The position numbers were made by a program, and so were the translations under genes. A stretch of DNA of 34,360 nucleotides, from contig NW_021831941.1 in assembly GCF_006345805.1 (NCBI RefSeq), forward strand, positions 1 to 34,360, given 5' to 3'. Below are positions 21,455-33,989 of the stretch, one piece after another. Numbering within the stretch: position 1 is the first letter of the stretch; each line of letters opens with the position of its first letter. Below the pieces are notes generated by a model. That model was given only the letters and a program-made list of their open reading frames with translations. It searched no databases and was not told the origin of the DNA. Source of the stretch: Octopus sinensis. Its lineage: Eukaryota.

Positions 21455-21960
21455 TGCTGTTGAGTGTAACGGTTGGTTGTATTTGAGGCTCTCTGGTAAC
21501 AAGGAAGAAGAAGAAGACTTGAATAAGGAGGTGTTACTTTAAGCCTGTAAGACCAGATTTCTGGGTTATTTTAAGAAAGGCTGGATTCGTTATGTAACAG
21601 TGTCTGGGGAATCTTGGGAAATGTTAGCGAGATGTCATCTATGAATGGGGCTGTCTGTATGTTTTCCTCTGAGCGGAATAACTGTGTTGGTATACTTCAA
21701 AACGAACAGGTGAGATAATATGTCCTTGTTGTACTCAACCAATCAAGAAACCGCAAATATTAGAGGCGTTGTTCTTGTACACTGCGTAGACTTTGTCACC
21801 TACAAGTTCGATTATAGTCGAGTAACTGGTGTTATCTTTTAACTGAGTATTGAGTATTTGTCTGTGAGTTGAATATGGAGAATGGGGTCGAAATATTTGC
21901 TAATAACAATGGTAACTAGAATGGTGCGTATGGAAAGGTTTTGTTATTGAAGGCAACGTA
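21455..21960 (-). mobile_element. Decayed I-group-like LINE RT fragment
   Basis: Minus-strand pieces VYAVYKNNASN...VQQGHIISPVRFEVY (GVPQGS-LSP motif), FIDDISLT (YADD) and WSYRLKVTP; the same motif order as the RT part of 14440-15700. Confidence 0.7.
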
Positions 21961-22257
21961 TATTCTACATTCGGTTTGGGAATAGGGCAGTCGGTAAGCA
22001 GAGGGATGCCAATCTCTGTCAGGATTTAGATAAAGGGATGTATAGGCGTGTGACAACAAGGGTTAGCATTTCTAGAATTGAAATGGGTCAACACAGAAGA
22101 GTAATGGGCTTGTCTGATGTTATTTCGTTTCAGTTTTGTTGGGCTTTTAAATTGCTGTTATTTTGTCCAGTTTGCAGATTCTAGGAATATTTTATAATAA
22201 TGGTGGTGAGAGGTGGTTGTGGTGATGGGTTGATGGTGGGGATAATGAGATGGTTTT

Positions 22258-22490
22258 AAGGCGGCGAGCTGGCAGAAACGTTAGCACGCCGGGCGAAATG
22301 CGTAGCCGTATTTCGTCTGTCGTTACGTTGTGAGTTCAAATTCCGCCGAGGTCGACTTTGCCTTTCATCCTTTCGGGGTCGATAAATAAAGTACCAGTTA
22401 CGCACTGGGGTCGATGTAATTGACTTAATCCCTTTGTCTGTCCTTGTTTGTCCCCTCTATGTCTAGCCCCTTGTGGGCAATAAAGAAATA
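22258..22490 (+). mobile_element. Full-length SINE family A (A1) with 17-bp target-site duplication
   Basis: gataatgagatggtttt at 22241-22257 and 22491-22507. A-box-like head, B box gagttcaaattcc and central gcctttcatcctttcggggtcgataaa (Meta-domain-like, by recollection). Confidence 0.95.
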
Positions 22491-22564
22491 GATAATGAGA
22501 TGGTTTTGCTGTTATTAATATTGTTGTTGTTACACATGATGAGTATGATTTTTTTGTGAGCGTG

Positions 22565-22927
22565 GGACTGTATGTGTGTGTCTGTGTGTGTGTGTGTGTG
22601 TATACCTACGTGTGTTTTCATCAGTGAAGTGCAAGCGTGTGTATGTATATGAGTATCTATGTGTGCTCTGTATGTGTGTGTCTTATGTGTACACACACAC
22701 ACACACACACACACACATGCATGTATACACACACATTTATTTGTGGGTTAACAAGGTCACCGTTGGTTTCATGCCAAGAGAAATCTATCAACAATTATCG
22801 AGCCTGTCACATGGAATTTTGGAAACAGATGGTAGCCTTGTAAACCGGAAAATAAAAAAATACTTATTAACCGATGCGGTATTGAGCACTCATTCCTATT
22901 GTTTGATATAAGCCTGTGTGTTTCTGA

Positions 22928-22982
<55 letters not shown>

Positions 22983-23139
22983 TATACATACATACATACA
23001 TACATATAAACACAGACAGACTAACAGAGAAATACAAACATATGTCTGCAAGAATACATAAGAACGATTGAATTATATATATATATACGTGTGTGTGTAT
23101 GTGTAACATACCCAATGTTTATAGACATAATAACGTATG

Positions 23140-23184
<45 letters not shown>

Positions 23185-24245
23185 CTTATTTATACATGAG
23201 TATGGGTATGTTCAGAGATAGGAAACACATACATACATACATACATACATATCTATTTATATCATATTAAATTATATTGTTTTCTGTTTTCAATTCAGAA
23301 CATATATATCTCCCTATCTCTATCTACAAAATATTGTGTTGTTCGTTAACTGTTTAATTTAATCACGTGTTCATTAGTGCAATTAGATATTTAGTATAAC
23401 TAAGTGTTTGATATAATTAGTATAATTATGTCTTCGTTAGTGAAATTATATATTTTAACGTAACCTCATTCTAGCCTTGATCTTACGAAATCACTAAATG
23501 CCACCGTATGTTCGAGTTATAGATCAGGTATCTATATGTATATGTGTGTGTGTATGTGTTTGTAAATATATATATATGTATATATATATGTATATATATA
23601 TATACATGTATGTAAGTATAAGTATATATATATATATTCATACAGGGGAGAGAGAAAGAGACAGACAAATAGACAGGCAGGCAGACATACAGATTGACAG
23701 ACATACAGACAGATTGGCAAATAGATAGATAAATCGATATCGATATGTTCTTACGTATGTTTGTATATATGATGTAAGCATGTGTATGTATGTATATGTA
23801 TGTTTGTATGTATATGTATGCATATGTTCTGTATGTGTATATACATATATATATATACATGTATATATGTGTGTATCCATGTGTATACACGTATGTATAT
23901 CCGTGTTCGTTTATATAAGTATGTGTGTGTATGTGTGTATATATATGCATGTATATATGTATACAAGTATGTATGATATATATAGTGTATGTATGTATGA
24001 TATATATATATATATATAGTGAATGTATGTATGATATATATAGTGTATGTATGTATGATATATATAGTGTATGTATGTATGTATGACATATATATAGTGT
24101 ATGTATGTATGTATGATATATATATAGTGTATGTATGTATGTATGATATATATATATATATAGTGTATGTATGTATGTATGATATATATATATATATATA
24201 GTGTATGTATGTATGATATATATAGTATATGTATGTATGTATGCA
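22565..24245. repeat. Mosaic of (TG)n, (CA)n, (TA)n, (TACA)n, (AGAC)n and a (gtgtatgtatgtatgatatatata)-type higher-order tract
   Basis: Directly visible, with a few short unique AT-rich islands. Confidence 0.9.
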
Positions 24246-24489
24246 GGCCTAGCTTAGTTCTATCTGAAAACACTTAGGATCAAAGACGTTATGTCCTCCA
24301 CGAAGCCTTCTTTTTATTTAGGAATCGTCTATCTAGGACTATATTATGATATGTTTCAAGGGTTTCTTAAGCTGCTCTGTGTGAATTTCGGGAGAATTGT
24401 GTGAATTTCGGGAGATGTGGCTGCGGTTACTAGCAATTCGGACTTTCTTAACGGGGATATTTGCCTCTGTATACTTCCTTCGCTGTTTT

Positions 24490-24551
24490 GTATGCGTATA
24501 TACACACATACACACACACATACAAACGCATACACATACATACACACACAC

Positions 24552-24582
<31 letters not shown>

Positions 24583-25135
24583 CATACAAACGCATACATA
24601 CACACACGTACACTCGCGCACACACACACTTATCCACAAATACACTCAGGGACACATATTGTGCATATGTGTGTGCGTCCGTGTAAATTATGGACACATA
24701 TGTATATGTAAATAGACACACATACGCGTACAAATATATATATAAACACACATATAGAGAGACAGACAGACAGACGGGCAGATACACAGACAGAGAAAGA
24801 TAGACAGATAGCTAGATAGACAGACATACAGACAGAAATATAGATAGATAGATATGTAGATACATAGATAGATAGATAGATAGTGAGAGATAGATAGATA
24901 GATAGATAGATAGATACATAGATAGATAGTTAGATAGATAGATAGATAGATAGTGAGAGATAGATAGACAGACAGATAGTGAGAGAGAGAGAGATAGATA
25001 GACAGACAGATGGATGGATAGATAGATACTGTGAGAGATAGATAGATAGGTAGATAGATAGATAGACTGATAGATAGACTGATAGATAGACTGATAGATA
25101 GACTGATAGATAGACTGATAGATAGATAGATAGAC

Positions 25136-25170
<35 letters not shown>

Positions 25171-25220
25171 CTGATAGATAGATAGATAGATAGACTGATA
25201 GATAGATAGATAGATAGACT

Positions 25221-25265
<45 letters not shown>

Positions 25266-25624
25266 TGTGAGAGATAGATAGACAGATAGATAGTGTGAGA
25301 GATAGATAGACAGACAGATAGTGAGAGAGAGAGATAGACAGACAGATAGTGAGAGATAGATAGATAGATAGATGGATGGATAGAGTGAGAGGGAGAGAAA
25401 GATAGAGAAATAAAGTGATACATAGATATAGGTATGTACACAACAACAGAAGGAACACACAAAACATTTTTACACAGTAGATATGTATATATATATATAT
25501 ATATGCATTTATATGCATAGGTGTATATATATATATATATACTACACACACATACCAACATTCAAGGCCATACATACACAAATGCATATATATATATATA
25601 TATTAATATTTATACAGGTGTGTC

Positions 25625-25661
<37 letters not shown>

Positions 25662-25730
25662 GATGTATGTATATTCATATATACAGACAGCTAAACAAAT
25701 ACACATACACACAGATATATATCTATATTA
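24490..25730. repeat. (CA)n followed by a ~650-bp (AGAT)n/(AGAC)n array and (TA)n
   Basis: Directly visible; source of the 299, 249 and 176 aa YLSI ORFs. Confidence 0.95.
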
Positions 25731-26189
25731 CTGTACCTCATACAAAGATGTTATTTTTCCTGGCAATATTTTCGTACCATTCGCAACCTCCGTCTTCCTT
25801 CGGTTTATCTCCTCCTAATTTACGCTGCTCTAAGCGGACCCCATTTTTTAATCAAATCACCGTCGCTATCATAATCATCATCACCATCATTATTATTATT
25901 ATTAATGCTGTTCTTATTATCATTGCTATTGTTATTGGTGCTTTTCTGACCCACCCATCCACGACCACCACGACCACCACCACAACCCTCTATTTTTTTT
26001 GCTGGTTAGGAGCTCCTTTCCCCGCCAAACTCTCGCCAGAGATCGTTCGCTGAGGTTTCCAGCTTGTGGAGTCGATGGAAAGTGTAGTTTTGACTGTGGT
26101 ACCTAAACTGCGGTGTAAGGTGGTACCATAAAGAAATAGGTACCATTAAGCTTTATCCAGCGGTAGATAGACATTACATCGTCGTCACA

Positions 26190-27680
26190 TTGTGGTTTCT
26201 ACCAGAGATGGTGGTAGTGGTGATGGTGGTGGTGGTGGTGGCGATGGGGTGTGGTCGTGATGGTGACTTGTAGAACATGGTGTTGTTTTTGTTGTAGATA
26301 TTGATGGTTGTCGGGGTTAGGGGCGGGTGGATGGGCGGGTGGGTGGGTAGCAGTGAGGTTGTGTTGGTAGAAATGGCGGCGGTGGCGATGTTGTTAGGTG
26401 TTGTGATAGTTATTTTGTATACATCGTAGTGATATTGTGGTTGTGTTGTTGTTGTGGTGATGGTGGTAGTAGTGGTGGTAGTAGTTTTAAAGGTGATGTG
26501 TTGATCGTTGTGGTGATGATGACGACTATGATGATGATGATGATGTCGATATGCTGTTGTTATTCTTAATGTTGATGATAATAGTGGTGATGATGGTGGT
26601 GGTGGTGGTGATGGTGGTGGTGGTGGTGGCGGCGGAAATAGACGCTTGTGTGGTGTGGATGTAGAATCTGTTAGATGTCGTTGTGGTCAGCACTCGTCCA
26701 GAAACCTGTGCTCCGTAGAAATCTCCCCCGTTCAAAATTCTTCCAGTCTTCGAGTAGTTATACCATGACGGAATCAAACAACAACAACAACAACAATAAC
26801 AACAACATCAATTATAATGATGGTGATGATGATGATTGTAAACACTAGTAGTAGTAGTAGTAGTAGTAGCTAACGGTGTGTTATGGCGCGAATGTTGCAA
26901 AACAGGTAAAAAAAATCATAAAGAAAACACGAAAACGTCAAAGCTGAATGAAACAGAATAAAATACCTACGATAACAATGGTAACAACTGCAATAATAAT
27001 AATAATAATAATAATAATACCAACAACAACAACAACAACAGTAAAGACTAACCTGGAAATATCGATGTTGTGGTTTCGTTCCAAAGGAAGAAAACGGTAA
27101 GAAGATGCCAGATGGAAGCGGACCGAATAACTAATGGGAGGTAGAGCAAAGAGGGAGAGAAGGAGAAGGGGAGGAGGCGGAAGATGATAAGAAAGAGGGG
27201 AAAGGAGGAGGAGGAGGCGGAGGGGTTGGCAGAGAGGAAGAGGTGGCGGTATTGTTGTCGTTGGGTTGCTTTGCAGCAACAGTAGTAGTAGTAGTAGTAG
27301 TAGTAGATGTTGTTGTTGTTGAGGGGGAGGGAAGAAGACAGACGAGATTTGAAGGTAGTAGGAGGTAATGGCGGCAATTGTGAAAAAAGAACAAAAACAA
27401 AGAAAAATGTAGAAAAGAAACACGAAGAGGAGAGTGAGTAGAAGGGTGAGGAGCAAAGAAGACTAAGAGGAAGAGGAATGGTCGGAGGTGCTGAATGTGA
27501 AGTAGCAAGAAATGTAGAGAAGTGGGAGAGTGAGAAAGAGAGGGAGGGAGAGAGAGAGAGAAGGAATGGATAGTGAGACGAGAGAAATATAGAGAGGACG
27601 AATAAGCGGAAGTTGTGGTAGGAGGAAGAGAAAGAGTGACAGGGAGAGAGAGAGAGAAAGCAAGAAAGAAAGTAAAACGA
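26190..27680. repeat. Low-complexity region: GGT/GAT/GTT, AAC/AAT, GTA and purine-rich GA tracts
   Basis: Directly visible, with small unique islands. Confidence 0.85.
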
Positions 27681-27699
27681 AAGTGAAACTAGAATTATC

Positions 27700-28164
27700 A
27701 GTTCTGTATATGTAAGTGGGTGTGTCTGTGTCACAGTATATAATGTGTGTATTTGTGTGCGTGTCTGTACAAGCATGGCTGTTTATACCTACGACCAGGT
27801 GTATGTGCGTATGTGTCAGTGTGTACGTGTATGTACGCGTGTTGGCGTGTGTGTTTGTATGTGTGTGATCTTGTGTGTGTGAGTGTTAAGATGGTGGGTG
27901 TGTGCATGCGCGTGTGTAAGCGTGTGAGAAGATATGTTTGTGCATGTGTGAACACGTCGGCATGTGTGTCTGTGTGTTCGAGCATGACTGTCTACATTCA
28001 TTGCCAGGTGTGTAATGCGAGTGTGTGCGTGCGTGCGTGTACGTGTGTGTGTGTGCGCGTGTGTAGCTGTGTGCGTGCGTGTAAGAGTGATGAAAATTGG
28101 AACAAACGTGAAAAGACGGTGTGAAGAAGAACCAAGTTAAATATATCACAAAGATGTGTATGTA

Positions 28165-28229
<65 letters not shown>

Positions 28230-28748
28230 GCAAATAAATACATACATATGTAATACAATATATATGCAAATAAACAAGCACACACACACACATATATTTA
28301 CGTGTATATATATATATATGTTTGCAAATATATATATGTGCGTGTGTGTAATATATGTATGTGTATGTATACATACAGGCATATAAACATATATGTGTAT
28401 ATATATATATATATATACTCATTGAAGTATGAATTTTTAAGTGTTTGTCTTGTTGAAGGGTGTTTAATTAATTCTAAAAATTATGATCTATACATGTTAA
28501 GTATTTACGGGTGTATATAAAAACATGCACACACACACACACAGAGGCATATATCTGTGTATATACATAGATACATCTATATGTATGCGTGTTTGTATGT
28601 ATGTATGTATGTGTGTGTGTGACGATAAAAGGTTTTTGGTATGTACTAACTAATAAATAAATTTTACCTATCTATCCTTCAGTCTGTCTGCAAATATATG
28701 TCCAAGCCTACGCGTGCACTCACTCACACACACACACACACACATACA

Positions 28749-28788
<40 letters not shown>

Positions 28789-28800
28789 TTATTTAAGAAA
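27700..28800. repeat. Degenerate (GT)n/(GC)n then (TA)n/(CA)n microsatellite mosaic
   Basis: Directly visible. Confidence 0.9.
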
Positions 28801-28999
28801 TATTAATTATGGTCGAAGTAAGCTTCTCTGATGAGGACTACCGAGGCCGGAAAGTGTTATGAGTTGTTTCCCATAGTTCAGATTTAGTTCCGGTAGCTAA
28901 TTAATTTTAATTGATTAAATAATGAAATTGTCTCTCTTCACTTTTCTTCATCAGAATCAGTCATTCCGATAAACCTATTCTCATGAACCAGATCGTTTA

Positions 29000-29032
<33 letters not shown>

Positions 29033-29255
29033 TGTCGTGACATGATGTGTCCAGACGATCTAAACCTGGTGAAACCATTTTATAGAGAGAGAGAGAAAGA
29101 AAAAGAGAGGGGGAGAAGGAGGGGAGAGGGAGAGAGGACCGGGAGAGAGAGAAGACTCAGAGAGGTAAAAGAAGAGAGAGGGGAAGAGGAGTTGGAGGTG
29201 GGGATTGGTGGGAAAGAGGTGAAGAAGCGGCCGCCGTACAAAGCTGGTATATTTG

Positions 29256-29408
29256 CTACGTTCTGAGCTCAAATTCCGCCGAGGTCGACTTAGCCTTTCA
29301 TCCTTTCGGGGTCGGTTAAATAATTACCAGTTACGCACTGGAGTCGATATAATCGATTTAATCCGTTTGTCTGTCCTTGTTTGTCCCCTTGTGGGCAGTA
29401 AAGAAATA
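29256..29408 (+). mobile_element. 5'-truncated SINE family A copy followed by the start of a second unit
   Basis: ctacgttctgagctcaaattccgccgagg...ccccttgtgggcagtaaagaaata, then g-gtatttcgtctgtc. Confidence 0.9.
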
Positions 29409-29469
29409 GGTATTTCGTCTGTCTGTGACACGTGATGAAAGCAAACTACTTCGCTCGTTTGATTTGAAG

Positions 29470-30280
29470 TCACTGCGTTGTCTGCCAACTTTCCCAGTTG
29501 TCCCAAATAATTCGCCCTGAAATGGTTGAGTTTTTTGCTTGTCCCCCTTTTTTATATGTATTCCTGTTACCAGGATATGGATCCAGTCTTTTGGAGTTTT
29601 TCTTCTTTTCCGTACATTATATTGAATATCAAGTGAAATATATTAACACTGTGGCCTCTTCATGCTTTTGGAATTTCAACACCGATGGCATCTCTACCGT
29701 CGGCTTTGCATGTGGTCATTGCTTTCATTTTGTTATTTCTTTGCATGAGGGTATACATCAGACAAATAATCTGGCATACCTGACATTACTTCCGAATTGT
29801 GCGGGTATTAAATGTTAAATTTATCTCAGCATTATCTTTCTAACATTGAGCTACCTCATCAACATGTGTATGTATGGTACCCTCTTATTATCTTAGAATT
29901 ACAACAGATGGATAATCCATTATTCTTGACATTCCCACCGGATTTTGTGGAAATTTAGTGCTAAAATGCTCTTTAAAATATATTTTCCAATATTAGGGTA
30001 ACTCATCTATATCTGTATGTATGGTACCCTCTCTTTATCTTTTCTGGTCCCTGTTTATGTTTCCCGCCTCCATTTCACCGAATGACAAGATAAAGATCTA
30101 ATATTTTTCTTGAAGTTAGCTTCTATTCGTCACCTTCTGTCTTGTAGATTTCTGTCCTGTAGAATTTTGATAACTGTTCTGTTTCTCATTTCTTCTTGTT
30201 TGTGAAATGTTTTGGTCTGAAAATATCTTCTGCTTTGTGCTAAATTTCTGTTCCTGATTGTTCCACTTTACGTACAAACA
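29470..30280 (-). mobile_element. Decayed RTE-clade LINE ORF2 fragment (pre-RT and RT domains 0-2)
   Basis: KAMTTCKADGRDAIGVEIPKA*...IFHLIFNIMY, then (after a frameshift) KTPKDWIHILVTGIHIKKGDK, matches the KA.G.D.I..E...LFN....P.DW....I.KKGD motif. Confidence 0.75.
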
Positions 30281-30346
30281 ATCTCTATATCTAAGACTAG
30301 AGACATCGCCTTTTTTAACGATATCGCCTCAAATAAATCTTGGACC

Positions 30347-30640
30347 CTACAGTAGAGGAAGGGACTTCAAGGAAGGAAAAGAAGGGGCGTACAAATTCCA
30401 CAGATATCGATTGACAGGAAGCTTAAAAGAGTGAATATCAAAGATCAGAGAAAAACAAGGCGATGGCAATGAGTTCCAAAGAGTAGTTCGAGGAAAGAAG
30501 CTGTTTGAATAGACAGACATACCCAACAGGAAGCGGGTGATAGGTTTAAAAGTTTTGACAGGGGGTACTATACCAGAAGGCTCATCAGAGCAATGACCAT
30601 GGACATGCCTAAAGAAAAGACACAGCAAAGACACATTTTG
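30347..30640 (-). mobile_element. 3' end of a CR1-group LINE ORF2
   Basis: SLLCLFFRHVHGHCSDEPSGIVPP...YSNSFFPRTTLWNSLP...FDIHSFKLPVNRYL is the typical CR1-group C-terminus. Confidence 0.85.
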
Positions 30641-30832
30641 ACGTGGGTCAAAGACTCCGGCCTAACAGAAAAGAAAGAAGCTTCCATGGTAACTTGATTC
30701 TGAATCCGATCGCGAACAGGCCGACAGCATGAGTGCAGGAACGAAATGTGCTTAGGGTGGGTGAGAACCCGGGTTCAACCCAAGATGTTCAAAACGTTTT
30801 GACTGCCCTCACCTCAAAAATAATTCAAGGAA

Positions 30833-31054
30833 TGTGCAGGAGTGGCTGTGTGGTAAGAAGCTTGCTTCCCTACCGATTGGTTCCGGGTTTTCGTGTTGAA
30901 ATGTTTTGTAGAACAAGTAGAAAGAGGAATTTTATTCAACGCATAAAGATGGTTGTCGACAAATTTTTCTGCTTTGAAAAGGTGAAAAAAAAGATGTTAT
31001 ACTTTATATATTGTTCAGTATCTATGCGTTACATGAAATACGTATTTCTACTTG

Positions 31055-31124
<70 letters not shown>

Positions 31125-31346
31125 TATATATCTGTGTGTGTGTGTATGTATTTCTTTGTCGCCCAACTATCGCTTGACAACCGATGCTGGTGTGTTTACA
31201 TCCCCGTAACTTAGCGGTTCGGCAACAGAGACCGATAGAATAAGTACTAGGCTTACAAAAAATATGTCCTGGGGTCAATTTGTTCGACTCAAGGCAGCGC
31301 TCCAGAATGGCCGCAGTCAAATGACTGAAACAATTAAAAGAGTAAA
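30833..31346 (+). mobile_element. Split SINE family B: head (30833-30889), unrelated insert, 3' half (~31130-31346)
   Basis: The head gtgcaggagtggctgtgtggtaagaagcttgcttccc...ttccgggtt and the tail gcttgacaaccgatgctggtg...ggccgcagtcaaatgactgaaac both match family B; the CORE-like middle is missing. Confidence 0.85.
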
Positions 31347-32299
31347 AAAATTTTTTTTAATGCAAGCGCATCCCCCTGCACACCCTGTCCCCGAGCCCGT
31401 GACCTATACTGATTGTTTTCCAACTTCTAAAGTCGCCGTTTCTTCTGTTAATCCGTTGTTCTTTCACACACATACACATTATCCACGTCATCTGCTTCAA
31501 GCTAGAGTAAAGAGATGCGAAGCAACCCCGGCCCCCCCCATTCTTGCGAACCAAATCTTTATTGATAATTTTGTTCACATCAAATCGTCGTGGTGCCTTT
31601 TTTTTTCTTCTTTTAATGTAATTTTTAATGTGATTATTTACCAAAGACAGAAAACGATCAGAAATAAAACACCTAATTGTTTTACGATGGTTGTGCACAC
31701 AGATTGGCATTGTGTGCAAATTTTGTCTTCTTTTGCCAAGTGTGTGTGCATCCATGCGAGTAATCATCACTAAATAAATTCAATTTTTAAAAAAATTCGA
31801 TTTCATCTTGGAAATTTTTTTTATAGCCATTGCCGAAATTCCTTCAATTTATGAAAAAAAAATCGATTTCATTTTACGAGCCCTGTGTGCACAAGCACCC
31901 GGCTTAGAGAGAATTCTGATTCTGACGCCATCATAGTGGTATACTCCAGTGCTTTATCTTATGAAGATTCTTGTTGTCCAGTGAAACCCATGAGCCCCAG
32001 GAGTAGAGCAGAGTATTTGTTAGCGTATGGGCATATTACAAAATAAAAAATTTAAAGCAAAGAAAATAAAAAGCCGCATCGGACTTAGCCCTCGCTTCTT
32101 TGGTTTCCCAAGACCAAATATTCCTGAAACTTTTGGATAGTTCTGGCATTAGTCTTCACACGATTTACCAATGAAATTCTGTAATGATTATGCCATCGTG
32201 GTTTCATAGCAACCGGATTATTTTTATATGAACATCACCCGACTATTTATCCAACGCTTCGTCATCCCAGCATTTTTAGCTCATTACTCTTTTCTACAG

Positions 32300-32408
32300 T
32301 CACATATACATATGCAAACATACATACATGCGCATATTCAGACATACACACATATATACATACATACACACATACTTACACACACACACATATATATACA
32401 TACATACA

Positions 32409-32454
<46 letters not shown>

Positions 32455-32670
32455 ATATATAATTATATATATATTGATAAATAGATATTCAAAGCTGTGT
32501 TTATATTTATACAAACTCGTACATATTGAGTGTATAATTATTGATGGAAATTTAACTAACATTTACAGAGCATTTTCAAAAACATTGAGTATCTACTCTC
32601 TCATTTATATTATTATATATTATATATATTATATATATATATGTTGTGGTGTGTGTAATATATATATAAA
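32300..32670. repeat. (TACA)n/(CA)n/(TA)n microsatellite and AT-rich tract
   Basis: Directly visible. Confidence 0.85.
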
Positions 32671-32689
32671 TGAGTCTCTACACACTCAT

Positions 32690-33000
32690 TCTTTGATTCC
32701 CTGTCGTGTTACAAAAGCCAACGCCTGCTCAATGCCTTGTGAGTTAATTTGCTTGACGAAAACTGTGTGGAAGCCCGTTGTCTACAAATTTATACGTGGG
32801 GTGGCTATGTATGTGTGTCTTTGTGCCTGTCATTTCCCACCACCCGTTGCTTGACAACAGGTGTAGGTTTGTTTATGTCCCCATAATATAATGGTTCTGT
32901 AGAAGAAGTACTGGATTCGGTCTGTTCGACTAAAGACCCTTCGAGGCGGTGCCCCAGCGTGGCCGCAGTCTATTGACGGAAGCAAGTGAAGAAGCTGAAA
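32690..33000 (+). mobile_element. Old diverged SINE family B copy
   Basis: gccttgtgag...gaaaactgtgtggaagcccg...gcttgacaac...ttcgactaaag...ggcggtgccccagcgtggccgcagtc. Confidence 0.8.
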
Positions 33001-33031
33001 GAAAGATTATATGTGTGTGTACATACATACA

Positions 33032-33336
33032 TTTTTTGTTCCTTCTCGAGCCACTCCTGGCTCATAAGGGCCGGTTTCCCGGTTTCCTTGGCGTATAGGT
33101 TCCCCACCTAGACGGGACGCCGGTCCGTCGCAGGTGAGCTGCAGGATGAAGGAGGGAAGACTGAGAGAAAGTTGTAGCGAAAGAGTCAGTAGAAGTTCGC
33201 CATTACCTTCTGCCCGAGCCGCGTGGACCTTAGGTGTTTCGCTCATAAACACAACACATCATCCAGTCTGAGATTCGAACCCGCGAATCCTCGACCGCGA
33301 GTCCGCTGCTCTAACCACTAGGTCATGAGCCTCCAC
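33032..33336 (-). mobile_element. Full-length tRNA-Arg(TCG)-like SINE with V-domain-like 3' half (family D2)
   Basis: Reverse complement gtggaggctcatgacctagtggttagagcagcggacTCGcggtcgagg...gggttcgaatc, later cctgcgacggaccggcgtcccgtctagg (V-SINE-domain-like, by recollection). It sits in a (TACA)n tract on both sides. Confidence 0.85.
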
Positions 33337-33574
33337 TACATACATACATACATACACGTACGGTTGTATATATGTGTGTGTTTATATATATATATATATA
33401 TATATAGTGTCTGTAAGATTACTGACGTATAAAGGCATATATACACATACATAAATGCGCGCGCATACACACACACACTCAAACGTATGTGTGTTTGTAT
33501 GTAAGTGTTATGATATGCAAATATTTATTTGACATCCACGTCTACGTCACGGATGATGAATCCTCCGTCGGCTT

Positions 33575-33910
33575 CGACGATGATCAATCATTTGTTAATC
33601 TGCTGAATGCAGGTAGTGAAAGATGATTCTGGAAGGTTTCGATTATGAGAAAGAACGATTGGGTTAATATGGTTTGTAAGGGTTTTGAGTCTTGGGAAAG
33701 AGAGAGAGGGAGAGAGAAACAATAGGGATGATGAGGGGAGGAGTGAGTAAGATGGGTTGACCTGGTGGAGAGGATAACAATTTAGTACTTCAGAGGAGCA
33801 GAGGCCGTTGAAGTAGTGGTATAAAAAAGGACAGAAGTGGCACAGTGTGTTTGTGGGCTAGTGGTTGCAGAGTATTGGTGACTGAATGATTCAGAGGGTC
33901 AGTGGCCGCT
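33575..33910 (-). mobile_element. 3' end of a second CR1-group LINE
   Basis: TNTLQPLAHKHTVPLLSFF / YHYFNGLCSSEV ... QSFF ... NLPESSF matches LQPLAHRR.VA.LSLFYRY..G.CS.EL...SFFPR...WN.LP. Confidence 0.8.
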
Positions 33911-33989
33911 TATGTAGCAGAGAAGACATAATTTGTGTGTATGTATGTGTGTGTGGAAACTTCTTGGCAGTGTAGCTATCTATCTCTTT

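Noticed and set aside
24688-25587. Longest ORFs of the window (299, 249 and 176 aa)
   Set aside because: They are stop-free translations of (ATCT)n.
31357-31890. 137-aa and 169-aa overlapping ORFs and a possible DNA transposon
   Set aside because: There are no transposase motifs, and only short internal repeats without a matched TIR pair or TSD.
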